This document shows positions 27,579 through 36,626 of a stretch of DNA of 64,000 nucleotides, one piece after another. Position numbers and translations under genes: made by a program. A model generated the notes under the pieces. That model had not been told where the DNA came from. It was given only the letters and a program-made list of their open reading frames with translations, and ran no database searches. This DNA comes from Nitrospirota bacterium (GTDB lineage Bacteria; Nitrospirota; Thermodesulfovibrionia; Thermodesulfovibrionales; UBA9159), in the NCBI GenBank assembly GCA_021790195.1, contig JAJYIF010000017.1, positions 1,798 to 65,797 of the forward strand, written 5' to 3'. Numbering within the stretch: position 1 is the stretch's first letter; each line of letters starts with the position of its first letter.

Positions 27579-29537
27579 ATGAAGAAGACCCTGCTGCTCT
27601 TTTATCTGATCTCCCTGTTATCCACTTCCTTATTCGTTCTCCTGCAGTGGATCAACCCGAAAATAATCGATGAGCAGCTCGAAAGCAAAACGTATGACCT
27701 CAGACTTCGGCTGAGAAATTACTTAAAACAGCAAGCACCCCCGCATGACATCGTTATCGTAGCCGTTGATGAAAAGAGCATCGATGAGATCGGGAGGTGG
27801 CCGTGGAACCGAGGCATTCAGGCGACTCTTATAGATAACATCTCGAAAGACAAGCCTAAGGTCATCGGCATCGATATCATGTATACGGAGAAAGAGAGTC
27901 CGGAGGCGGATGAAAAGCTTGCGTCTGCCATCAAAAAGGCCGGGAATGTGGTCCTCGCCACGAGATTTGACATGCCCGAAGGCAGGAATGTCGCCACCGT
28001 CCCCAAGGACGTCCCGGATTTTCTGTGGGACTCTGCCTTCATGGAGGTCAAGACCGTAAAGGGTATACCCTGGAAGACGTTCGCCCTTAAGCCCGACCGG
28101 GTCAAGCCTTCACTTGCAGAATTCTCGACGGCTGCCACCCTGGGTCATGTTTATACGCATCCGGACCTCGATGGCTGCCTGAGGTCCGAATTCCTTTATC
28201 TTAATTTCGGTGACGACTGCTATCCCCAGTTTGCCCTTCAGATCGCTAGGATTGCCCTCGGTGTCGAGATGAAGAACATGGTCCTCTATGGGGGCTCCGG
28301 CATAGGACTCGGCAACATGTTCATTCCCACTGACCTGCGCGGACGTGTTGTCATTAATTACAGGGGGAAAGACCACAGCTTCCCATACGTTTCCGCCGCT
28401 GATGTAATCAAGGGAAGGACCCCTGCCGGCTCTTTTAGAAACAGGATAGTCCTTATCGGGACTTCCGCAGTGGCCACCTACGACGAGAAGGTCACGCCTT
28501 TTTCGACCAACATGCCGGGTGTCGAGAAGAACGCGAATGTCGTCGATAACATCCTCTCAAACAACTTTATCAGAAGAAGTCCGGGCGTCATCGAGTTGGT
28601 CGTCATCATTATCACCGGAATCCTTTTGGGATTTACCCTGCCCAAACTGAAGGCGCTGTCCAGCGCCCTCCTCGCCGCAGCTCTTCTGGTCCTTTATGTC
28701 GCGGTGAGTTGTTATCTGCTGATCTACCAAAACCTCTGGATAAACTTTCTCTACCCGTTCACGAACATGTTGAGCATATTTTCGATCCAGACGGTCATAA
28801 GGTTTTTTCATGAAGAAAGAAAGGCAAAAGAGATCCGCCAGATGTTTTCGAGTTATGTCTCTCCCAAGATCGTACAGGAGCTGATCGAGAACCCCGAGAA
28901 GGCAAAGCTCGGCGGAGAACGAAGGATCGTGACCGTCCTTTTCTCGGACGTAATGGGCTTTACAACGCTCTCTGAAAGGAAGCAGCCGGAAGAGGTCGTG
29001 TCGCTCCTCAATGAGTACTTCAAAGAGATGGCGGACATAATCTTCAGATGGGACGGCACCCTCGACAAGTTCGTAGGAGACGAGATAATGGCGCTGTGGG
29101 GCGCCCCCCTGGATCAGCCGGATCACGCTGAGCTCGCCTTGAGGTGCGCGCTCAACATGTCGGACAAGCTGGACCAGCTTCAGGAGATGTGGCGCTCAAG
29201 AGGCTCCGATATTTTGGACGTGGGCATAGGCCTCAACACGGGCGAGGTGCTCATCGGCAACATAGGCGCCCAGGGCAAGAAGATGGACTACACCGCGATA
29301 GGAGACCACGTCAATTTGGCCGCCAGGGTGGAGAAGTTGACAAGACAGTATGGGACAAGGATCCTTCTTACAGAGAACACCCGCGAGCACATCGTCGAGG
29401 TGGTCGGAAGAGGCAGATTGGGACACGTTGAACTGAAGGAGCTGGCCTCGGTAAAGGTCAAGGGAAAAGAAAAGGAAGCGAAAATATTCGGCCTCAGGGC
29501 ATTAAAGAGCCCGCAGCGTGCAAAGGGCGTTTCGTGA
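27579..29537 (+). CDS. CHASE2 sensor domain - transmembrane - class III adenylate/guanylate cyclase
   Basis: 652 aa. N-terminal TM, then the periplasmic CHASE2 pattern (VIVAVDEKSIDEIGRWPWNRG...VIGIDIMYTE). Three TM helices follow, then the cyclase core (RRIVTVLFSDVMGFTTLSE...GDEIMALWGAP...GLNTGEVLIGNIG...DYTAIGDHVNLAARVE). Confidence 0.85.
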   Translation: MKKTLLLFYLISLLSTSLFVLLQWINPKIIDEQLESKTYDLRLRLRNYLKQQAPPHDIVIVAVDEKSIDEIGRWPWNRGIQATLIDNISKDKPKVIGIDIMYTEKESPEADEKLASAIKKAGNVVLATRFDMPEGRNVATVPKDVPDFLWDSAFMEVKTVKGIPWKTFALKPDRVKPSLAEFSTAATLGHVYTHPDLDGCLRSEFLYLNFGDDCYPQFALQIARIALGVEMKNMVLYGGSGIGLGNMFIPTDLRGRVVINYRGKDHSFPYVSAADVIKGRTPAGSFRNRIVLIGTSAVATYDEKVTPFSTNMPGVEKNANVVDNILSNNFIRRSPGVIELVVIIITGILLGFTLPKLKALSSALLAAALLVLYVAVSCYLLIYQNLWINFLYPFTNMLSIFSIQTVIRFFHEERKAKEIRQMFSSYVSPKIVQELIENPEKAKLGGERRIVTVLFSDVMGFTTLSERKQPEEVVSLLNEYFKEMADIIFRWDGTLDKFVGDEIMALWGAPLDQPDHAELALRCALNMSDKLDQLQEMWRSRGSDILDVGIGLNTGEVLIGNIGAQGKKMDYTAIGDHVNLAARVEKLTRQYGTRILLTENTREHIVEVVGRGRLGHVELKELASVKVKGKEKEAKIFGLRALKSPQRAKGVS

Positions 29538-29676
29538 AGATGAAGAGGGAGAAGAAACGGTCGCTCGCCTGAGTCGTCACCTTTTCGCCTGCAAAGTGAT
29601 AAAATAGAATGTCCTCACGGGGCAGGTCTTCTGTTCCCTGCGGGGACGTCTCATAAAACTAAGCGAGGGTCTCAAT

Positions 29677-30168
29677 ATGAGCGAAGACACGCCTTCTGTT
29701 ACGCGTGCAACGGAAGTGCTCCGGTCTGCCGGGGTTGCATTTACCAATCATCTCTACACCTCTGATGAAAAAGGCTCTACGGAGGTCTGCGCAAAGCAGC
29801 TCAACATAGACGAGCACGCTATTGTGAAGACAATCATCGTCGAAGCTGACGGGAAACCATACATGGTCCTTATGCACGGGGACATGAGGGCGTCTGCCAA
29901 AGTGCTTGCCGCCGTAATCGGGGCCAAGGCCGTTACACCGTGCCTTTCCGAAAAGGCCGAGGAATACACAGGCTACCAGCCGGGAGGCATCTCGCCCTTC
30001 GGCGCGCGTATGAAGATCCCCGTATGCATGGAAGAGACTATCCTCAATCTCAGGAAGGTCTATATCAATGGCGGAAAGAAAGGCTATTTCGTCGGCATGG
30101 ACCCATACGACGCAGTCAAGATACTCCATCCCGTCCTCGTGAAGGTCGGCTCTGCGCGGGCCGCATGA
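29677..30168 (+). CDS. ybaK: Cys-tRNA(Pro)/Cys-tRNA(Cys) deacylase YbaK/EbsC family
   Basis: 163 aa with YbaK pattern ...VKTIIVEADGKPYMVLMHGD... and TGYQPGGISPFG. Confidence 0.8.
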   Translation: MSEDTPSVTRATEVLRSAGVAFTNHLYTSDEKGSTEVCAKQLNIDEHAIVKTIIVEADGKPYMVLMHGDMRASAKVLAAVIGAKAVTPCLSEKAEEYTGYQPGGISPFGARMKIPVCMEETILNLRKVYINGGKKGYFVGMDPYDAVKILHPVLVKVGSARAA

Positions 30169-30376
30169 GTGGTGCACATTTCTGGGAGTTCCCAGACCGA
30201 AAAGGCCGGCAGCTAATTTCAGACCGGCGAAGAAACTCTCCCTAACAATAACAATTAGAAATGTTAATACCAATATAGCCGCGTTGATTAGACCTCTCGA
30301 GTGTGATAGATTCATATACTCCGGACGTTCAATGGGGCGTCTCCGACAACCAAGTCTGCCGGAAGGAGGTAGAGAG

Positions 30377-30787
30377 ATGACGCTTAAATATCTGCTGCAA
30401 TCGAAGCCTTCGAAGATGATCACCTGCAAGACGACATGCCTGGTTGCGGACGCCGTTACTGTTATGGACGGCCACAATGTGGGTTCGATACTGATACTTG
30501 ACGATGACGAAAAACTTGTCGGCATCTTCACAGAGCGCGACATCATGCACTGCTTTGCGAAGAACATATCCTTCAGGGACGTCACTATGGACAAGATCAT
30601 GACGCCAAACCCGATAACGTTTGATTCGTCGACGGAGATCAGTCATGCGATCACGGTCATGTCGGAAAAGAAGATCAGACACCTCCCGGTGACGGAGGGC
30701 GGAAAGATCGCAGGCATAGTCTCTTACAGGGACCTGGTTTCGTACTTGCTGCCTCAGGTCATCTTCGCTTCGGAGGACATCTTTTAG
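30377..30787 (+). CDS. CBS-pair domain protein
   Basis: The tracked ORF starts at 30284. I prefer ATG 30377, preceded by GGAAGGAGG. Two CBS repeats (VGSILILDDDEKLVGIFTERDI; IRHLPVTEGGKIAGIVSYRDL). Confidence 0.75.
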   Translation: MTLKYLLQSKPSKMITCKTTCLVADAVTVMDGHNVGSILILDDDEKLVGIFTERDIMHCFAKNISFRDVTMDKIMTPNPITFDSSTEISHAITVMSEKKIRHLPVTEGGKIAGIVSYRDLVSYLLPQVIFASEDIF

Positions 30788-31004
30788 CAGGTTGAGGCTC
30801 AATTTTTTCGTTCCGATTGATTGAGTCAAACCCGCTGTGTTAAATTAAATATAAGCGGTTTTTGGGGGGCCGTGGGGAAAGAACGAGAGCGCTTAGGGAC
30901 CGAATTGGAATATAGCCTGTCTTCCGTGCTTCGGACTTTCCATCCCCGTGGTTCAAGAGAGTTCAAGAACGAGTAACTATAATGATATGCTTGAGGAAAA
31001 AGAC

Positions 31005-31484
31005 ATGAACGATGTCCTCGACAGGATAATAGCCAAATACAGGGAAGACGAGGGCAACGTCATATTCCTCCTCCAGGAGACGCAGGACGCCCTTGGATAT
31101 ATCCCCGAAGAGGCCGTCGCGTATTTTTCTAAGAAACTCGATATCCCGTCGAGCCGTTTCTACGGCGTCTTGACCTTCTATTCCCAGTTCCACCTGAAAC
31201 CCAGGGGCAAGAACATTCTTTCGGTCTGCTGCGGCACGGCATGCCATGTCAAGGGCGGGACAAAGATAGCCGAGCGGATACAGAGGGACCTGGGTCTTGC
31301 GTCGGACGGCGAGACGACAGAGGACGGTAAGTTCACCTTCGAGATCGTCCGTTGTGTCGGCGCCTGCAGCATAGCCCCCGTGGTCCTTGTCAATAACAAG
31401 GCCCATGCCGAGATGTCGGCGGACAGCGCATCGAAGCTCGTCACGGAATTAAAGAAGAAGGAGACCGGCGTTGGCGCAAAGTGA
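31005..31484 (+). CDS. NuoE/HndA-like [2Fe-2S] thioredoxin-fold subunit of an NAD(P)-linked formate dehydrogenase
   Basis: Cys motif ...SVCCGTACHVKG...VRCVGACSIAP.... Start chosen at ATG 31005 (GAGGA 7 nt upstream); alternative starts are at 30987 and 30948. Confidence 0.8.
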   Translation: MNDVLDRIIAKYREDEGNVIFLLQETQDALGYIPEEAVAYFSKKLDIPSSRFYGVLTFYSQFHLKPRGKNILSVCCGTACHVKGGTKIAERIQRDLGLASDGETTEDGKFTFEIVRCVGACSIAPVVLVNNKAHAEMSADSASKLVTELKKKETGVGAK

Positions 31485-33267
31485 TGAGACCAAGAAAAAG
31501 GTAGTCGTCAGGGTATGCATAGGCACCGGCGGACTTGCAGCCGGGGGCAAAGAGGTAATCGAGGCCTTTAAGAAGGCGATCAGCGATTTTTGCGTAGATA
31601 TCGAGCTTGATTTCACCTGCCATTACCAGAAGGTCGGATGCCGCGGCTTCTGCGCCAGGGACGTGCTTGTGGACGTGGTCGACGGCGACACGAGCGTCAC
31701 ATATCAGGGGATAAAGCCCGACATTGCAAAAAGGATAGTCCAGGAGCACCTCATAAACGGCCAGCCTGTGAAAGAGTGGCTCATCGATGATTCTTACTAC
31801 TCCTTCCATTCCAAGCAGATGAAGGTGCTCCTGAAGGACTGCGGCACTATCGATCCCGAGGACATCCAGGCATATAGCAAAGTGGGAGGATATACAGGCA
31901 TAAGAAAGATCCTCTCCACAATGACGCCCGAGGATGTGATAGCCGAGATAAAGGCATCAGGCATACGCGGCAGGGGCGGGGCCGGCTTTCCTACCGGAGT
32001 AAAATGGGAGGCATGCCGCAAGGCGCAGGGCGACGTTAAATATATCGTATGCAATGCCGATGAAGGCGACCCCGGGGCGTTCATGGACAGGTCGATAATT
32101 GAAGGTAATCCCCATTCGGTCATTGAAGGCATGATGATCGCCGCATACGCCATCGGCGCCGGACTCGGATATGTTTACATCAGGGCGGAGTATCCTGCGG
32201 CAGTGGAAAGACTGAAGCTCGCGATTGCACAGGCCCACGAAACCGGACATCTCGGCAAAGGACTTTTCGGCTCGGACTTCAGTTTCGATCTTCGGATAAA
32301 ACTCGGCGCGGGCGCATTTGTCTGCGGCGAAGAGACGGCCCTTATCGCATCCATTGAGGGAGAGAGAGGCATGCCGAGGGCGAAGCCGCCCTTCCCCGTT
32401 CACAGAGGTCTGTGGGGGAGACCCACAGTCATCAATAACGTCGAGACGCTCTCGAATATTCCCTACATCATAAGAAACGGCGCTTCCTGGTATTCCTCCA
32501 TCGGCACCGATAAGAGCAAGGGGACTAAGGTCTTTGCATTGACCGGCAAGATCAGGAACACCGGTCTGATAGAGGTACCTATGGGCATAAGGCTGGGCGA
32601 GATCATCTATGATATCGGCGGCGGCATCATAGGCGATAAGAAGTTCAAGGCGGTCCAGCTCGGCGGGCCTTCGGGGGGCTGCATTCCCGATCACCTTCTC
32701 GACACCCCGGTCACGTACGAAGACATTGTGCGAACCGGAGCAATCGTGGGCTCAGGGGGGATGGTGGTTCTTGATGAGACGGACTGTATGGTGAATATCG
32801 CCAAGTTCTTCCTCGAGTTCACTCAGGCTGAATCGTGCGGCAAGTGCGTTCCCTGCAGGATCGGCACCAAGAGGCTGCTCGAAATACTCGACAGGATCAC
32901 AAGGGGTCTCGGCAAGGAGGGCGACATCGAACTCCTCGAAGCCCTCTGCTCGGATATCAAGGTGGCGTCCCTTTGCGGGCTAGGGCAAACGGCCCCGAAT
33001 CCCGTCCTCAGCACCCTCAAGTACTTTCGCCATGAATATGAGGCCCATATTAAAGACAAGAAATGTCCGGCGAAGGCGTGCAAAGACCTTCTGATTTACA
33101 GTATCCTTGAAGACATATGCAAGGGCTGCGGGGTCTGCAAGCGGGCATGCCCTGCGGGTGCGATCTCGGGAGACAAGAAGAAGCCTCACAAGATTAATGC
33201 CGACCTCTGCATCAGGTGCGGGGCCTGCTTCGATGTATGCAAATTCAATTCTGTCAACAGGGAATAG
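31471..33267 (+). CDS. NuoF-like flavoprotein subunit (FMN/NAD-binding, [4Fe-4S]) with N-terminal thioredoxin-like and C-terminal 2x[4Fe-4S] extensions
   Basis: 598 aa. TTG start overlapping the upstream stop. Motifs GRGGAGFPTG, CNADEGDPGAF, GAGAFVCGEETALIASIEG, ESCGKCVPCR, and C-terminal CKGCGVCKRACP / CIRCGACFDVC. Confidence 0.85.
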   Translation: MAQSDETKKKVVVRVCIGTGGLAAGGKEVIEAFKKAISDFCVDIELDFTCHYQKVGCRGFCARDVLVDVVDGDTSVTYQGIKPDIAKRIVQEHLINGQPVKEWLIDDSYYSFHSKQMKVLLKDCGTIDPEDIQAYSKVGGYTGIRKILSTMTPEDVIAEIKASGIRGRGGAGFPTGVKWEACRKAQGDVKYIVCNADEGDPGAFMDRSIIEGNPHSVIEGMMIAAYAIGAGLGYVYIRAEYPAAVERLKLAIAQAHETGHLGKGLFGSDFSFDLRIKLGAGAFVCGEETALIASIEGERGMPRAKPPFPVHRGLWGRPTVINNVETLSNIPYIIRNGASWYSSIGTDKSKGTKVFALTGKIRNTGLIEVPMGIRLGEIIYDIGGGIIGDKKFKAVQLGGPSGGCIPDHLLDTPVTYEDIVRTGAIVGSGGMVVLDETDCMVNIAKFFLEFTQAESCGKCVPCRIGTKRLLEILDRITRGLGKEGDIELLEALCSDIKVASLCGLGQTAPNPVLSTLKYFRHEYEAHIKDKKCPAKACKDLLIYSILEDICKGCGVCKRACPAGAISGDKKKPHKINADLCIRCGACFDVCKFNSVNRE

Positions 33268-33302
33268 GAAGAAACGGACAAAGAGATGAACCGGGGTGAC
33301 CG

Positions 33303-35969
33303 ATGATAAAGCTGATGATAGACGGCAAGACGCTATCTGTCCCGGACGGGACGACGGTATTGGATGCTGCAAGAAGATTTCACATAAATATACCTACGCT
33401 CTGCCATCATCCGAAACTTACCCCTTTCGGCGGATGCAGGCTCTGCCTGGTCGAGATCAAGGGGATTCCGAGGCCCGTGACATCCTGCACGACCCCGGCC
33501 GCCGAAGGCATGGAGGTGACGACTACAAGTCCGAACCTCGAAAGTCTCAGGAAGACCGTGCTTGAGCTGATCCTGTCGGACCATCCCAACGATTGCATGA
33601 TATGCGAGAGGGCGGGAGATTGCACCCTCCAGGAGCTTGCTTATTTCTATGGGATAAGGAAGAACAGGTTCTCAGGTGAGAGAAGGACATACTCAAAGAG
33701 AGACGGCAACCCTTTCATAGAAAGGGACATGGAGAAATGCATCCTTTGCGGAAGATGCGTTAAGGTCTGCGACGAGGTCGAAGGCGTAGCAGCAATTGAT
33801 TTCGCGTACAGAGGATTTAAGTCCAAGATCTGTCCCCCATACGAGAAGGACCTTAATTGCGAGTTCTGCGGCCAATGCGTTGCCGTATGTCCGACAGGCG
33901 CGCTCACGGGCAAGGCATGGAAGCAGAGGGGAAGACAGAAAGACGTCAGAGAGGTGGATACGACCTGTGCTTACTGCGGCTGCGGCTGCAGTCTCACCCT
34001 CCATGTGCAGGGCAACGAGGTGATAAGGGTCACGTCGAGGGAAGACACCCTCAACGAGGGGTGGCTGTGTGTAAAAGGAAGGTTCGGCTACAACTTCATA
34101 AACAGTCCGGAGAGACTGAAGAAACCCCTGATCAGGAAAGACGGGAAGCTCGAGGAAGCCTCCTGGGAGACCGCCCTCGATTATGTCGCAGGCAGATTGA
34201 AAGACGTACGCGATAAATATGGGCCCAACGCCATAGCAGGCCTTTCGTCGGCGCGCTGCACGAACGAGGAGAATTACCTCTTTCAGAAGTTCATCAGGGG
34301 CGTAATAGGAACTAATAACGTAGACCACTGCGCACGTTACTGACACAGCGCTACGGTGGCCGGTCTGGCCACGGTCTTCGGCTCCGGGGCGATGACGAAC
34401 TCGATGCCCGAGATAGAGAACAACGACCTCCTCTTCGTTATCGGCTCGAACACTACCGAAACTCACCCTATCATAGGCCTGAAGATGAAGAAGGCCTTCA
34501 GAAAAGGCGCGAAGCTCATCGTTGCAGATCCGAGGAAGATAGACCTTGTAAGGTTTGCCGACTTATGGCTCAGACAGAGGCCAGGAACGGACGTGGCCCT
34601 TCTCAACTCCATCATGCACGTCATCCTCCGTGAGGGTCTCGAAGACACTGAGTTCATCAATACGTGGACGGACGATTTTGAGTCCTTCAGGGGTTCGCTT
34701 GCTGAATTCACCCCCGAGACAGGCGAAAGGATCACGGGAGTTCCCAAGGAAAAGATAATCCAGGCGGCCCTTCTTTACGGAAACGCCGAGCGCCCCGGCA
34801 TCTATTACACCATGGGGATAACGCAACATACCCACGGCACAGAGAACGTGTACGCTATAGCAAACCTCGCTCTTATGACCGGTAACCTCGGCAAGGAAAG
34901 CACCGGCGTAAATCCTCTCAGGGGACAGAACAATGTCCAGGGCGCGACGGACATGGGCTGCACGCCCAACATGTACCCGGGGTACCAAAGGGTCGATGTC
35001 CCGGCAGTCAAAGAGAAGTTTGAGCGCGAGTGGAACGTGAGGCTTTCCGAGAAAGTAGGCCTCACGGCTACGGAGATGCTCCAGGCCATAACAAACGGCT
35101 CGCTTAAGGCAATGTATATAATGGGAGAGAATCCGGTCCTGAGCGATCCGGACATGGGCCATACGATAAAGGCGCTGAAAGAACTCGATCTTCTTGTCGT
35201 GCAGGACATTTTCATGACCGAGACGGCCGAGCTTGCCGACGTGGTGCTGCCTGCCGCCTCCTTTGCCGAAAAGGACGGCACCTTCACCAACACCGAAAGA
35301 AGGGTCCAGCGCGTGAGAAGGGCCGTGAATTCTCCGGGAGAAGCAAAGAGGGATTCGGCTATTATCGCAGAGCTCAGCAGACTCTTCGGCTACGATATGA
35401 CGTACCATTCCGATGAGGCGGTCTTCCGGGAGATCGGCAGACTCTGGCCCGCCACGGCAGGCATAAGTTACAGGCGCATAAGAAAGATAGGCGTTCAATG
35501 GCCCTGCCCCACCCCGGACCATCCCGGAACGCAGTATCTTTTCAAAGGCGGTTTTCCAAGAGGAAAAGGGAGATTCACGGCGGTGAGCTACAGGCCCTCC
35601 GCAGAAGTCCCTGATAACGAGTATCCTTATATTCTCTCAACAGGAAGACAGCTGTTCCAGTACCATACCGGAACGATGACGAGAAAGACGTCTGCTATAG
35701 AGACAGTGGCCCCCGGGCCCTATGTCGAGATGAACGACGAAGACGCGCAGGGTCTTGCCGTAGAGGACGGCCAGAAAGTGAGAGTCTCTTCCCGCAGGGG
35801 CAGCATCGAGGTCAGCGCCCATGTTTCCGAAAAGACCTTGAGAGGCATGGTCTTCATTCCTTTCCATTTTAAGGAAGCGGCCGCAAATGTCCTGACGAAT
35901 CCCGCAACCGATCCGGTCTGCAGCATTCCTGAATTCAAGGTCTGCGCGGTCAAGATAGAGTCTTTGTAG
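33303..35969 (+). CDS. fdhA: Selenocysteine-containing formate dehydrogenase alpha subunit; one 888-residue CDS read through in-frame UGA at 34341-34343
   Basis: Tracked ORFs 33303..34343 and 34356..35969 are in the same frame (offset 1053 = 351x3). Across the junction the sequence reads [32 protein letters not shown]. The Cys-type paralog in this window (40426..42516) has [30 protein letters not shown] at the same place. The N-terminus has NuoG-like 2Fe-2S/4Fe-4S Cys motifs. Confidence 0.9.
34344..34375 (+). promoter_or_regulatory. Bacterial SECIS hairpin directing Sec insertion at the fdhA UGA
   Basis: UGA CAC AGC GCU ACG, then a perfect stem GUGGCC (34356-34361) / GGCCAC (34367-34372) around loop GGUCU. 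Counting the U of UGA as +1, positions +23/+24 are G and U. From memory, this mirrors the GGUC apical loop and spacing of the E. coli fdhF SECIS. Confidence 0.8.
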
Positions 35970-36067
35970 GCCGCGTGAGGAATATGACGCCCGGCGACCT
36001 GTAACGACTTGAAAAAAAAAGTCTTTTGCCCTATAGTAATAATCCATCTTATTCCGGAGGTATTATT

Positions 36068-36523
36068 ATGGTCAGCCCAAATATATTAAAAGAGCAGGCC
36101 CTTCTTGCAGACCTGAACGACTCCGAACTGAAGAACATCGGCGGCATTATAAAAGAAATAACCGTCAGGAAAAGCGAGCATATCTTTAAGGAAAAGGAAG
36201 ACACAAAGGGCGTTTTCCTTATCCGTTCCGGCAAGGTCGAGATCTCCAAGATGACGACGGACGGCTGGAAGCAGACCCTCGCAGTCCTGACGAAGGGCAG
36301 TTTCTTCGGTGAACTCTCCATCGTCGAGCACAGATTGCACGAGGCCAACGCAGTCGCGCTTGAAGATACGGCCCTGCTCCTCATCAAGAAAGAGGATTTT
36401 GAGAGGATGGAGAACGAAGACCTTCAACTCGCGTCAAAGATCATGAAGAAGCTCATCCTCGTTCTCAGCAAGAACCTCAGGCAGATGAACGAGAAGTTCC
36501 TCAAAGCGCTGATAAGTTACTAA
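36068..36523 (+). CDS. Stand-alone cyclic-nucleotide-binding (cNMP/CAP-effector) domain protein with no recognisable HTH
   Basis: The tracked ORF starts at 36026. I prefer ATG 36068 after GGAGG. ~151 aa with the cNMP beta-roll pattern (FKEKEDTKGVFLIRSGKVEI...GSFFGELSIV...ANAVALEDTALLLI). Confidence 0.7.
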   Translation: MVSPNILKEQALLADLNDSELKNIGGIIKEITVRKSEHIFKEKEDTKGVFLIRSGKVEISKMTTDGWKQTLAVLTKGSFFGELSIVEHRLHEANAVALEDTALLLIKKEDFERMENEDLQLASKIMKKLILVLSKNLRQMNEKFLKALISY

Positions 36524-36536
36524 GCAAGCATATAGC

Positions 36537-36598
36537 AAACAGTAGACAGTAGAAAGCATTAAGAAGAGAATCCCTGTCTACTGTCTATTGTCTACTAT
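36537..36598 (+). terminator. AT-rich hairpin with tandem TGTCTA(C/T) heptads between the cNMP gene and fhs (terminator or operator)
   Basis: cagtagacagtaga (36540-36553) pairs with tctactgtctattg (about 36577-36590). The 3' arm reads ctgtcta ctgtcta ttgtcta ct and is followed by a T-rich tract. Confidence 0.4.
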
Positions 36599-36626
36599 AT
36601 TCTTTATTTGAAGGAGGATTCAAGAG

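Noticed and set aside
30873-30945. Possible Moco or ZTP riboswitch in the leader of the fdh operon, and similarly before fhs.
   Set aside because: A local stem (guggggaaag...cuuuccaucccc) exists. The conserved cores I remember for Moco (CCGAGCC-type) and ZTP/pfl (CCGCCUGGGC-type) are absent.
34341-34343. In-frame TGA splitting the formate dehydrogenase alpha gene, which could be read as a pseudogene or two separate genes.
   Set aside because: The frame is continuous and the codon aligns with the catalytic Cys of the paralog. A SECIS-type hairpin with a GGUCU loop follows at the expected distance. This is selenocysteine recoding, not a disruption.
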